From NCBI RefSeq assembly GCF_032444005.1, contig NC_091283.1, positions 474,796,001 through 474,860,000 on the forward strand: 64,000 nucleotides of DNA. The letters are read 5' to 3'. Below are positions 32,629 through 47,564 of the stretch, one piece after another. The DNA is from Ranitomeya imitator. Taxonomy: Eukaryota. A program made the translations under genes and the position numbers. The notes under the pieces are model-generated. The model made no database searches and was not told the DNA's origin. It saw only the letters and a list, made by a program, of their open reading frames with translations. Every line of letters begins with the position of its first letter. The first letter of the stretch is position 1.

Positions 32629-33493
32629 TTAAGGTCTCTAAATGTAATTCTAACAAAAAAAATGAAGATGGCAGCTTGTTATTTCAATAAATAGAATATC
32701 TAACAGGCCTCGTGGAATGAGTTTTTATGAAATGAGTTTTACTCTGTAGATTTTTGATTACTTCGGCCAGACTTGTGCATTTCTCATTAGCTGGGAAATT
32801 CTAATTTGGAAGGAAAAGGTTGAGCGATAACGTCAGCAGGCAAAGACTCTTCTATTTCCTAAGCACAAATCCCTTAGACAGAAATGTATTTTGTTCACGA
32901 CACATACTGCAATATATTCTTATCTCTGTGGAAAGCACTTAAAATGGATTCCATCATCTAATAGAGCAAAGCAGCTATTTCCTCAGCAGAACGGCCAGGT
33001 ATAGAGTACAATTAAATAATCCTTTATGCTTCCTATACAATGCCACCCTCACAACAAAATAACAATCTTTAGCAAACACTTAACGCAGTCTTCTGATTTG
33101 GCTTCATTATTGTGAATGGAGACAGGCACCACCGCTGATCGCTGCATCACGTTTTCTCCGGCTTTTTACTTGCGTGGTATGGAGTGCGATAATACCATAC
33201 TTTGTAGTATCAGAGTGAGAGTGTAGGAGATATGGGGACGCTCATAAGAGAGAGGGGCGCAGGTCGAGAGGAGGAAACACAGGGGGGAGGATGGAAAAGA
33301 AAACAATAAAGCACTAATGGGCTTAAACACGAACAATGCCAACTATGGCAAAAGTGGAAAGTTCTGTGGCTTTGTTCAAACTATGGAAGTATCAGTTACA
33401 TAAAGCATGCATAATTATAAGCAATTTGCTGATAATAATATGCTTCTTCATTTCGATAAAAGATCAGTTTTTCATGGTTCCCTTGAGACATAT

Positions 33494-34151
33494 ATAACGT
33501 ATGGACAAACGTACTGGAACACCTAAGCAACTAATGTTTTCCTGGCATATTCCAAAGCCAGACTCATCAATTAGATGTCAGATAGAGAAGACAGATCCAT
33601 CACTGCACAGGGCACGTTTTTACTGCTGCAGATTCTAGTGGCGGCGTTACACCACTCCATCTGACACTTGGCATTGTGCTTGGTGATGTAAGGCTGCATG
33701 TGGCTGTTTGGCCATGGAAACCCATGTCATGAAGCTCCCTGTGCACTGTTTTTCTGCTGATGTTAATGGCAGACGATGTTTGCACTCTACAGTTCTGGAG
33801 TAAGCAGAGCGCTGGTGACTTTTATGTCTTCTGCTCCTCAACACTTGGTGACCTTGTTGTGTAATTTTATGATGTCTTCACTTTATGGGTGAGTTGCTGC
33901 TATTCCTAAATGATTCCACTTCCCAATAATATTACTCAGTTGTTCTTGGTGAAATTGTTAGGAGGTCTGAAATTAAAACAATGGCACTGGTATCAGGGAG
34001 CTCTTTAGAACAAGCCATTCTTTAAAAAATGTTAGAAAATATGACATGACGAGGGATGGATTATATACAGTATACCGGGGGGCAATGGGGGTGGATAAAT
34101 ACCTGAATTCAGTGATTAAGAATTGTGTCTCGGTACTTTTGTTCATCTACT
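33494..34151 (-). mobile_element. Internally deleted, decayed Tc1 element
   Basis: ORF remnant QTSSAINISRKTVHRELHDMGFHG (Tc1 DNA-binding region). Degenerate TIR-like ends ATGGACAAACGTACTGGAACAC and GTACTTTTGTTCATCTACTG. Confidence 0.7.
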
Positions 34152-35040
34152 GAAATTAAATGATAAAATACCACCAGTCTGCCCCCACCACTTGGAGACA
34201 CATAGCAGAGTACCAAAGACCAATTTACAAGGGTTATTTGAGTCCATTAATAATCCTCAATATTTTTAAATGTAAAATAATTGTAAAACTTTTGTAATTG
34301 CACTTATGGACAGATTTTGTTACCCAAAGTGGCCCCAGAGTGGAGCTCTTGGTTCTGAGTGATGACATTCCAAGTCCTTCCTCCACCTCCTCCGATGTGT
34401 CAAGCACAAGGTGAATGGTTCTCTGAGATGATTAGGTAATCATGGGCCTCCATCTGTCTTTGCATTAGTTGTGATGGAGAAGGAGGCTGGCTTAGCTAAT
34501 GAACTGAACCAGATACAGGCTTGATGTCATTTGATTTCCATAATTCCTTCCATATAAGAATATTTTATATTAAATATCCATGAGTCCAGCTCATAATTAT
34601 AGTGTACCAATGATTAATTATTTTAGGATTGTTTTATTATTATTAGTGTTATTCATTACAATTCCCAGCTCAGCACTTGGCCACAGATGGATAATTCTGT
34701 ATGCAGTATCTTTTTCTGACTACATATTTACTTATCACAAACCTATATTTACCAAAAAATAGAAGAATATTTTTCAAGGTATGAAAATGAAGTACAAAGA
34801 TGAATATTAAAGTATAATTTATTTAATAATACTAGATAAAAAATAATGAAAATTGGAAAGGTGCTAGGAAAGAAAAAGGAAGCTAATCAAGTCAAAGCTT
34901 CTGATATATTTATTGATATGTATTTTATGTATCTTTGTAACATATTTATCTTAATTACAATAATTGCCATTCTTATATTATTGGTCGGATACACATCATG
35001 TAAATGGCTTATATCTTTAGTACCCAAATTGCTATTGGAA

Positions 35041-35057
35041 TCTAATATATAAAGCTG

Positions 35058-35090
<33 letters not shown>

Positions 35091-37062
35091 CCGGGAATGG
35101 CATCTGCACCGTCGCAGCTAGAGCCACAAAATTTTGCACAGTCACACGTCTGGACCCCGAGAGCGTCATAGGCTATGTTGTGAGGTGAAATTTAACCCCG
35201 CGCTTTCCAATTCACCAAACAATTTTGCCCCTATCTACATAATGGGGAAAAGTGAAAGGAAAAGTGTTGGAGGCAAATTGACAGCTGCCAGATGTGAACA
35301 AGAGCGATGGCGCCAAAGAGTATATACCGTACAGTTGCTAAGGTGGGGCCCCGACATGGGATACTCACCACACACGGGGATATGAACACACACACAAAAT
35401 GGGCCACACACTACCACGTGCTTGAACACATATACCACCCTCAGCACACATTTCACCACACATACACCAAGCTCGCCACATAAAAGTCGAAACACAAAAG
35501 TCGCCACTCAAAACTCGCCACACGCAAAACTCGCCACATGCAAAAACTAGGCTCACGCAAAACTCGCCACAAGTGCAAAACTCACCTCATGGAAAACTCG
35601 CCACACGCAAAACTTGCACACGCAGAAAAATTGCCACATGCACAAAAGTTGCAACATATGCAAAAGTTGCCTCACACAAAACTTGCACATACTCAAAAGG
35701 CACCACACATAAAACTCGCCATGCGCAAAACTCGCCACGTACAAAACTTGCTGCACACAACTTGCTACACTAACCTGTCACATGCAACTCGACACAAAAA
35801 GTTGCTACACGCATGTTGCCACACAAAACTCATCTCACAAAAGTCGCTACATGCATGTCGCCACAAGCAACTCAACACACACAACTTGACACATGAAACG
35901 CGCCCTAAAACACACACAAGTCTGGTATTATCCTTCAAAAATAAAAATCTGATTAATAAGCAGACAAACTACAAGAGCAACAAATGTACCATATAGGAAA
36001 TACGGCAGCTGTCAGTCACATGACCTGTCTATTATGTGTATGTGTGAGCTAATATATACTGCCAGGGGGAGGGCTTCCTGTTGGCTGGGGATTTATCAGG
36101 CTGCCAATTTAGCTTACAAATACTGAGGTAAAAATACTGAGCAAATAACGTGTGAACGAGGTCTAATACAGGAGATGACACACAGGTATATACTATATAC
36201 AGGAGGAGATGACACACAGATATATACTATATACAGGAGAGATGACACAGGTATATACTATAAAGAGGAGGAGATGACAAACAGGTACATACTATATACA
36301 GGAGGAGATGACATACAGGTATAAACTATATACAGGAGGAGATGACACACAGGTATAAACTATATACAGGAGGAGATGACACACAGGTAAATACTATATA
36401 CAGGAGCAGATGACCTACAAGTATGTACTATATACAGGAGGAGATGACATACAGGTATATGCTATATATAGAAGATGACATACAGGTATATACTATATAC
36501 AGGAGGAGATGACACAGATATATACTATATACAGGAGGAGATGACATACAGGTATCTACTATATATAGAAGGAGAGGAGATACAGGTATATACTATATAT
36601 AGAAGATGACATACAGGTATATACTATATACAGGGGAGATGACACACAGCAGGTATATACTATATACAGGGGAGATGACATACAGGTATATACTATATAC
36701 AGGAGATGACATACAGGTGTATATTAAATATAAGGGAGATGCAAACATGTATATACTGAGGTGAAAATGAGGGGTGTGAGGTGAAAATGAAAAGGTGTGA
36801 GTGCAAAATGAGAGGAGCGAGGGAAAATAGTGGAGTGATCGGAAAATGACAGATGTGAGGTCGAAATGACAAGTGTTAGGGGGGAATGAGAGGAGTGAGG
36901 GAGAAAATGAGAGGTGTGAGGGAGAAAATGAGAGATGTGAGGGGGAAAATGAAAGATGTGATTGGGAAAATGAGGGGTGTGATGGGAAAATAAGAGAAGT
37001 GAGGTGCTATAACTAACCACAGATATTTACTATGCCCAGGCAACGCCGGGCTCTTCAGCTAG
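35041..37062 (+). mobile_element. Non-autonomous Helitron with three internal minisatellites
   Basis: A|TCTAATATATAAAGC at the 5' end and hairpin GCCCAGGCAACGCCGGGC followed by CAGCTAG|T at the 3' end. Arrays AAAACTCGCCACA (~35480-35900), GGAGATGACATACAGGTATATACTATATACA (~36165-36730) and GAAAATGAGAGGTGTGAG (~36760-37000). Confidence 0.85.
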
Positions 37063-37324
37063 TCTGATATAAAATAATGGCGGTGGTTTGTCTTCTTCAC
37101 ATCTTCTGATCTATTTTGTAAATTTCCAATTTTATCAGTAGTTATAGACTATCAGAATTTTTTAAAACTAGGAATGTGGATATCATTGAGTTTCACATCA
37201 CCCACTGAAATACTGCATGTACGAGAACTATCATGTATTAGTTTGCAATCTATGAGCAAAAAATGGGTAACACGAAAAATAGAAAGTGCTTATTCTGTTT
37301 GGTCTAGCCATCTTTTATATTAAA

Positions 37325-38130
37325 GGGAACCTGTCACCAGGTTTTCTCCATATAAAGAACGGTTATCACCTGTAAGCCCTGTGTTACCGCATTCTAGAAT
37401 GCTGTATATATGGCCTCAATCCACTCTGCAAGGCACAGAAAAGAGATTTTAATACATGCACACACAATGCAGTCCGGTCAGATATACGTCTCTGGTCTTT
37501 ATCCGGTGCCTACTCTCTTCTTATGATCGCCGTCTTCCTTCCTTTCTTCGTGAGGATGATGCATTCTACGTTACCTACAGTGTCCCCATCGCACTCCTGC
37601 GCAGGTGCACTTCTTTCTGTAGTGCACATGGGCCGGCTTTACCTACGGGCAGTGTTGGACTGGGATGCCAAAGGCCCACCAGTAACATTGACCTTTTGGG
37701 TGGCCCACTTTTCACCTGAATACAAATATTACACTGCTGTCATTCAGAAATTTACCTATATCTCTATATAATAATAAACTGGGTCGTTTAGTTAATGAAT
37801 GACGAGATGCTGCTTTTTTTCTGTACAGAGTGAATCAAGTGAATTATGCCAAGTACTGCCCCATACAGTGGAGTTGGGGGCCCAGATCTACCCAGATCTG
37901 CGCAGGGGCCCATCGGGGGATTCCCCTGTTACCCTATGGGCCAGCCCGAGCCTGCCTACGGGACTTTGGCGCTCTTTGACCCTTCACGACAGCACTTTGC
38001 TCTGCCCTTGGCAGAGCTAAGAGAAGTGTGCCTGCGCAGGAGTGTGATGGGGACAATCTGTGGATGATGTAGGATGCGTCATTCACATGAACCAGGGAAA
38101 GAGGATGATGGAAGACATAAGTTATGTTTT
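37325..38130. mobile_element. TTAA (T2/Kolobok-like) fold-back MITE, right end lost
   Basis: TTAA|AGGGAACCTGTCACC at the left end. Inverted arms ~37520-37620 / ~38020-38125 surround a nested insertion. Confidence 0.55.
37650..37954. mobile_element. Small hAT-type MITE
   Basis: 8-bp TSD CCTACGGG at 37642-37649 and 37955-37962. Imperfect TIR CAGTGTTGGACTGG / CAGGCTCGGGCTGG. Confidence 0.75.
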
Positions 38131-38282
38131 TTTTCCTGAGGAAGAAGTATGGTGCATCGAAATGTGTAGACAAAATAAAAGAAACTGTCATGCCGCAGCT
38201 ATGTAGGTAGATGCACGCTCCAATAGATGGCAGTAGAGTGGAGTGAAGACTGCAACACTTGCCAAAGCAGACCTGCAGCGCT

Positions 38283-38724
38283 GCAGTGAGGCCACCACTA
38301 GGTGGCAACAGGGTAGTCAAACAAGCCGCGTCAAAATCAGGAGAGTAATGTATTACTAAGGGGGAAATCAACTCAGAGTCAGAGACGAACCAGAGGGTCA
38401 ATACCAGATGGAAGCATAAGTACCAAGAGCCAAAGACAGAGTCAGGTCAGAGTCAAAGCCGAGTCAAGTACCAGAGAGTCCAAAGATGAAGGGAAAACGC
38501 TGAGTCAGAATGGGAGAGGGGAATGAACAGATCGCAGCAGGACAAATCAGGATATAATCAAAGTCAGCTACTCACGCTGTAGGCAAAAGCTATAACTGAC
38601 CCAGGACACAACAGAGATAACTAGCAAACCTGAGACCAGACTGAGGCTGAGAAAAGTTAACCCCTGACATGATCAGACCGAGAAAAGGAAAGACAGGACT
38701 CAAAACCCAATCTGGATCATGACG
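38283..38724. mobile_element. Degenerate LTR-like remnant
   Basis: Ends GTTAACCCCTGACATGATCAGACC...GGATCATGAC, similar to the LTR ends at 47562, 50100 and 2593. Confidence 0.35.
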
Positions 38725-38999
38725 GAAATGCATAATATCCTAGTGTGGACCTGGATCTGTTACCATCTACCTGCAGTGCGAAATTTTCCACTTTTTTCTT
38801 TCCACATATTACTGCTCGGTGTTTGGACCGGTGGACCTGCTGCAGCTGGGATTACATTGTCATTTAAATGTCATGTGAAAACAATATTACAACATTATAA
38901 GGTTAGCAGAACCTTTAATTATTTTATCTATCTTAACCGGATAAGACCCTATTGTCTAGTTCTCTCTTAGCTTGGGAGTTATGGTAGTCCCACAATTGG

Positions 39000-39200
39000 A
39001 AAGGGAAATATCAAGTTTAGGTGGGTTAGTAAAAGACAGTTTCAGACAGAAGGAGGACATGAGGTTAAAAACAGCACAAAGGTAATTTGTATTAATGCAG
39101 TGGTGATGTAAGGAGAAGATGTGTACAATTGGGTGTCATCAGCAGAGATATAGGGGTTGTATAGAGAGATAAGAGCAGGGGGTCTAGGATTAAATCCTGA
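39000..39200 (-). pseudogene. L2/CR1-type LINE reverse transcriptase fragment
   Basis: Minus strand reads QDLILDPLLLSLY then SADDTQLYTSSP, matching the QGSVLGPLLFSLY and YADDTQLY motifs. Confidence 0.65.
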
Positions 39201-39363
39201 TGATGAATCATGACAATAAGGGCATAAGGACAGGAAACAGAAACTATCATAAATGTTCAGTAATACAATGATGAGCTCCTGGAGTGTAGAAACATCAAAA
39301 TCCTGACAGTGAGTGCTTTACACACTGCTAGAATTCCACATGTTATATTTCAGTCCCTGCTAA

Positions 39364-39868
39364 GGCCTCTTTCACACTTCAGTCTTTTGGCGTCAGTTTG
39401 AATCCGCCGTTTTAGTCAAATAGCGGATCCGCCATTTTTTTTTGCGGATACGCTATTTTCCCATAGACTTGCATTAGCGACGGATTGTGGCGGATGGTCG
39501 CCCGTTCCATCCGCCATGTGACGGATCCGTCGAAATTTGGCGGACGTCATCTAGACATTGCCGGACATTGCAACGTTTTTTGTCTGCGCCAAAATGGCGG
39601 TTCGCGATGGATCTGTCGCGTTCGCCATTTCATAGAATGGCCGCCTATGGGGGACACATCCGTCGCGACCGTCATTTGGCGGATCTGTCGCCCCAATCCG
39701 CTTTTTCAATTGAGCATGCTACAAAAAGTACATACTTTTCCCAGATACACGGATGCGTCAAAAAAACGGATCCGTTAGAACCGTTTGCTCAACAATTTTG
39801 ACGGATCCGTCGATCCGTCACAATGTCGGAGCAGACTGACGCCAAACAACTGAAGTGTGAAAGAAGCC
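39364..39868. mobile_element. Harbinger-like MITE
   Basis: TAA|GGCCTCTTTCACACTTCAGT ... ACTGAAGTGTGAAAGAAGCC|TAA. Internal GGATCCG/CGGATCC repeats. Confidence 0.85.
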
Positions 39869-40175
39869 TAAGGTGTAGAAATGTCCAGCACAACTCCTTT
39901 AAATGCTGGGTGCTAAATCTTTAAATGAATTTTGGCCATTTCCATGTTGTAGAAGAAATAGGAAAGAGTGAGCGTTATCATTTTTTTACTGACTTTTTTA
40001 TACATTGTCAAAAAGTCTAACAGAAAAGCTATGAATTAGTTAGGCAAATGGAAACTTCCTCATACTATACTCCTTTCGAGCTGCTGATCCTCACTGTGGC
40101 CCCGTTGATTTGGGCCAGTGCTCTGAATATGTCTGCTTGCTAAGACAACGGCAACAAACATGTTAGTCTATTTAA

Positions 40176-41808
40176 CCCCTTAATGACAGAGACAATTTTG
40201 ACCTTAATGACCAAGCCAATTTTTACAATTCTGACCACTGTAACTTTACGAGGTTATAGCTCTGGAACTCTTCAACGGATTCCACTGATTCTGACACTGT
40301 TTTTCTTGATATATTGAACCTCATGTTAATGGTAACATTTCTTCGATATGACTTGCGTTTATTTATGAAAAAAACAGAAATTTGGCCAAAAATTTTGAAA
40401 ATTTTGCAATTTTCAAACTTTTAATTTTTGTGACCTAAATTCAGAAAGTGGTGACACAAAAAATAGTTAATAAATAATATTTCCCACATGTCTAATTTAC
40501 ATCAGCACAATTTTGAAAACATGATTTTTTTTGTTAGGAAGTTATAAGGGTTAAAATTTGACCAGCGAGTTCTAATTTTTCCAAGAAAATGTACAAAACC
40601 ATTTGTTTCGGGACCACCTCATATGTGAAGTGAGTGTGGGGGTGAATATGACAGAAATACTCAAAAGTTACACCATTCTAAAACCTGCACCCCTCGAGGT
40701 GCTCAAACTCGCATTCAAGAAGTTTATTAACCCTTCAGGTGCTTCACGAGAACTAAATCAATGTGGAAAAAAAATGAACATTTTGTTTAACTTTTTTATT
40801 TTCACAAGGGTAATGGGAGGAAATGGACTACAAAATTTGTTGTGCAATTTCTTCAGAGGACACTGATACCCTGTATGTGGGGGAAAGCCACTGTTTGGCA
40901 GGGCTCAGAAGGTAGGGAGCACATTTGACGTTTTGAAAGCAAAATTGGCTGTAATCAATGGCGAGCACCATGTCATCTTTGGAGACCCCCTGATGTATAG
41001 TACCTAAACAATGGAAACCTCAACTCCAACCCTAACACAGCCCTACCCCTAACCCTAATTCCAACTCTAACTCTAACCACAACAATAACCCCAACCACAA
41101 CCGTAACCCTAACACAACCCTAACCCTATCCCCAACCCTAGCTCTAACCCCAACCCTTACCCTAGCTCCAACCCTAACCCTAGCTCTAACCCCAACCCTA
41201 ATCCTAACTGCAAAGAATGGAAGAAAATATTTTATTTTATTACTTTTACCTAACTAAGGAGGTGACAAATGGGGGTTTGATTTAATATTTTTTTTATTTT
41301 GATCTCTTTGATAGGGTCTATCACAGTGATCAAAATTGACCAATAGGAAAAATCTCCTATTGTTGCCGGCTACCAGCCAGCAGATCTTGGCTGGTGCACT
41401 GCGCATGTCCCTGCCATTGTCTTCCAGGAAGAAGACGCTGAGGTCTATGGGACAGAGCCAGAGGGTCCAGGGCTGGTGAAGATACCGGGGAGGCTCGGGG
41501 GACCCCATTTCTCTCTCCTCTGGTGTGCTAGATCATATCAGAGGAGAGAGGAATTAATAGGAAATCTGACTTTTTTTTTTGCAATCATTATTCGGTAAGT
41601 AACAGCGATCACAAGACTAGGGGTGGTAAAAACTGACCTGAATCATGTTCTCCAGGGTCTCAGCTAACCACGGTAGCTGAGACCCCAGAGATTTTCTGAT
41701 GCTGGGCGTCGAAATACCCTTATTTCTCAAAGCCATTAAAAAGAGGCGCTGAGGAATACATACCCTTAACTGCCACTATTAAAAGGTGTATCGGCGGTTG
41801 CTAAGGGG
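40176..41808. mobile_element. piggyBac-type non-autonomous element
   Basis: TTAA|CCCCTTAATGAC ... GTTGCTAAGGGG|TTAA. Confidence 0.8.
41021..41209 (+). repeat. Degenerate telomere-like (CCCTAA)n array
   Basis: About 31 hexamers: CCCTAA mixed with CCCCAA, CTCTAA, CCCTAG and CACAAC variants. Confidence 0.85.
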
Positions 41809-41812
41809 TTAA

Positions 41813-42185
41813 AGGGATTGTCCGGCCTTAAACTACAAGTGGGCAGTCACTTTATGTGAGTGCAGACTTGTGAATCCTCACATTGTGCGCACTGAGCGCT
41901 GTGAGGATTGTCTCTGCTGGGGCCAGGAAGGGTGGCCATGTGACCGCAGGTTTGCGGTATGCATACTCCTGACCACATTCTGCCTAGACTATTTCTGGGG
42001 TCACTTAATACACTTGTCACATCCATGTAGTTGGAATGTGGCTGGGAGTATGCATATTGTATTCTTGTGGTCACATGATCACCATTCCTGGCTCCGGAGA
42101 ATCCTCACAGAGTGCAGTGCACATGATGTGAGTATTTTCAAGTCCGCAGTTACATATAGTGACTGCAGATTTGCAGTTTAGCTCT
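41813..42185. mobile_element. TTAA fold-back MITE, degenerate right end
   Basis: TTAA|AGGGATTGTCC directly after the previous element, sharing its TTAA. Inverted arms ~41840-41950 / ~42065-42180. Confidence 0.55.
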
Positions 42186-42899
42186 CTTTAGCTTTACATC
42201 TTTCTCATCCTTGGCCCAACACAAACCTAACTGCTCTCCTGGTGATGGGCTTTGGCTCTTTAACTGTCTACTTTTGCATCAGGGCATCAACTGAAAGTTT
42301 ATGACTTTACTAGGAACTGCAATCTCTGGAATTTTGTTGCAGCACAGTCCATACCTTATTATGGCAGTTTATGGTGAAAAACTTCAGGAACTCTTCAAAT
42401 CCAAGACCTACCCTAACCAGCTCCTAATGGTTTGTGGTCAATAGAGTCCATGATCTCCACATCATTTGACGAAAACCTCTATTCGCATGCAGAAATGTTA
42501 CATGTACCCACTATCCCAGCCCCATCATAATGCTATAATATATGATTATAATACATACATTTTTTCCAGTTTCTGGCTGCCATAATGCTTACCTAAACTA
42601 CACTGGTCTCCTATGGGATGAAATAGGATCATTGCAAAGTCACCAGCCACAGCTGTAAGTGTGGATAACTCGGTTGTTCTGAAAAAGATGGATGACTGCA
42701 TGGCTTCTCTCACTGCCAATGATCAGAGGTTATCGCTGGGCAAAGCTGCGGCCAGCCACACTAATTAAGGGTTGTCAATGTACTGCAGAGCCGAGCCAAA
42801 TCCTACAGAGTGGGAGACCTTTTTTTCAGAATATCTCCCTGCTCTGACTCATGTAAGAGGTCTAAGCTGGAGACCCCCTTCAGTGACATCTATATCTCT

Positions 42900-43330
42900 T
42901 CAATGACTAGAATTGCCATGGTGAGATAATCACTTCAAGATTTTGCTTTCCTTTTATGCCAAACACAAAATGTTGCCCATACACAAAATGTTTTTTTGGC
43001 AGATATAAGGGTGTTCTAATGGGCATATATCATAGATCGTACTCTGCTTAGCATCCCTTTCCAGGTATATAGATGATGTCTCTTACGCTGGCAGTGGAGA
43101 AGGAGCCGAGAATCCTTTCTGGTGGCTGGACAGCTCCTCATCAGATAATATGCAAGCAATACTGTACAGACCATGAGCTGGGTCAGTAACTCAAACATAT
43201 CCCATCCATTGATCTATTAATAAAAGAGCTCTGTGGACGGGGGAGGACCAGGGTTAACAAGGGGTGGCTCTGGAGATTAGGGCTTTGATAGAAATTGTGA
43301 AAGCAGCAGATGTTCAAACGATTAAGTGGA
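42900..43330 (+). pseudogene. Penelope-like reverse transcriptase remnant
   Basis: RIAMV (GTAMG-like), then RYIDDV, then SIDLLI (FLDL-like), in the order expected for a PLE RT. Stops and frameshifts present. Confidence 0.45.
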
Positions 43331-43720
43331 ATAATGTGAATTTGCAGCGGGCAGATGCAGCGAGGGCGTCCCACGTGTACGGCTCATGGATATGAAACCC
43401 CATTGACATATCATATCTCTCGATTATTGTTAGTGGTATTTATAGAAGAGAACTAATTAACCCATTCACCTTCTGTCAGCTCATGTTAAAAGTCACTTGT
43501 TCAGCACTTTATTAGGACAAATAACCACAGAACTGGAAACACTTAGGTCATAAAACAAAACATTGCACAGGCCACCTATGGCAGATCTGGGCATTTGTCA
43601 TTGCTCATTTCTACATATATATTTATACAGTGCAGAGATCAGCACCAGTGCTGTACCATGTATATGCATTTTCAAGCAGGTTTCACAAGTACACAAGTGA
43701 CAGTGACACTAATGCAACAT

Positions 43721-44062
43721 GGTGGCTCAGTGGTTAGCACTGTTGTTTTGCAGCTCTGGGGTCTGTGGTTCACATCACACTAAGGACAATATCTGCATTG
43801 AGTTTGTATGTTCTTGCAGTGTTTGTGTGAGTTTCCTCCTACACCCTAAAGAAATGCTTATAGGAAATTTAGATTGTCAGTCCCAATGGAGACAATGATG
43901 ATCATGACTGTACAACACTGTGAAACTAATGGTTCCATTCCAAAGACATACTGATACGGAATTAAGATTGTGAGCCCCATCGGGGACAGCAATGATAATG
44001 TGTGCAAACTGTAAAGCGCTGCGGAATATGTTAGCGCTATATAAAAATAAAGATTTATATTA
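43721..44062 (+). mobile_element. tRNA-derived SINE with L2-like tail
   Basis: A box TGGCTCAGTGG at 43723 and degenerate B box GGTTCACATC. Tail GCGCTGCGGAATATGTTAGCGCTATATAAAAATAAAG. Confidence 0.75.
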
Positions 44063-44787
44063 TAATTTTTATATAAGAAAGTAAAGAATTTACCAACCAT
44101 ACACATTTATAAATGCTGGCATACAAACAAGAGTAGTGTAGTATGTAAATTTTCCACAAGATGGCAGAGACTGATTGAGTGCAGCACAACTGCTTAAAGA
44201 GGACCATTAAATGTTTTTAATTTAAACTGTGTATGTCTTCCAATTGCCACAGATCCTGGAACCAGGGCATAACAATCGCGGTCACAGAGCCCGCCGATGG
44301 CAGTGCAAATTTCAACTGGCTGTGCGTCGCAAGTAGCTGACATTGGCATTCACAACACCTGACTGGGGGCGCATGGCAGTGACGTCATGCGCTTCCGTCA
44401 CTTGCACGCTGAAGTCAGATGCCAGCTTCAAAGGAGGACATTATGAGGCAGGGGAGCAATGAAGTACAATGGCAGAATGAGGGACGTATATACAAGAAAG
44501 GGGATATATACACCAGGATGGGATACATACTAGGATGGGGAATATATATACCAGGTTAAGGGACATATACACATGTGGTCAAAATTGTTGGTACCCCTCG
44601 TTTAATGACAGAAAAACCCACAATGGTCAAAGAAATAACTTGAATCTGACAAAAGTAATTATAAATTAAAAAAAACTATGAAAATGAGCAAATGAAAGTC
44701 AGACAGTGCTTTTTCAACCATGCTTCCACATAATAAAAAAAAAAAACTCATTAAATTGGCCTGGACAGAAATGATGGTACCCTTAAC

Positions 44788-46765
<1,978 letters not shown>

Positions 46766-47564
46766 GTTGAGTGTGATACACACCATGTCATCAAACAGCA
46801 CAGTGAGTATCTGTAGCCCTATATACAGGCCTGTTCATTGATTCCAAGATTGTAGACACCTGTGATGCTAGCTAGTGGACACATTTTGATTTAACATGTC
46901 CCTTTTGTCAAATTATTTTCAGGGGTACCATCATTTCTGTCCAGGCCTATTTCATGAGTTTTATTTTTTTTACATTCTGTGGAAGCATGTGTCATGCCGT
47001 TTACGGTGATAAAGGGGCAGGACGGCATACTGGAACACGCACCTGTCCCTGCCACTATAAGGGGTCCTGGCTTGCCCTTATCTCGGGGGTACCTATGATG
47101 GTTAGGAGGCCCGAGCCGCCAGTGTCTCTGTGCAGGCCTTATCAGTGACCCCCTCTCCCCCGCAAGGGAGGTGGACTGCACCAGTGTATAAATATCACAA
47201 TAAACAGGTAAACAGACAAGGTAAAGGAAAACCACACTTACATTAATGCTGCAAGGCACAGAACAGCAGGATGAAACACTAGACACTGGACACAGCTGTA
47301 GAACAACAGTTCCCAGCTAGCTCCTACTCCTGGCTTGGTCGCTGAAGAATGAACTAATACCAACAGTCAGCTGATGAACCAGGTGACCTCTTAAAGGATG
47401 GAGGGAGTGGTCAACACAAACATCAGCTGACCCAGCAGCAATGCAGTAACATCAGCGGCCACCAGGGGGAGGAAAAACATTAACCCCCGATGACCAGAAA
47501 TGAAAAAGGTCTAAAACTGAGGCAAACCAGATCTGCCACAAATCCAAAATTGGATCGTGACAGT

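Noticed and set aside
29236-35996. Long repetitive ORFs at 29236-29712 and 35538-35996
   Set aside because: They arise from stop-free minisatellite units inside Helitrons.
43065-43175. Host exon YIDDVSYAGSGEGAENPFWWL with a good acceptor
   Set aside because: RYIDD plus neighbouring motifs fit a decayed Penelope-like RT better, and the frame ends in a stop with no good donor.
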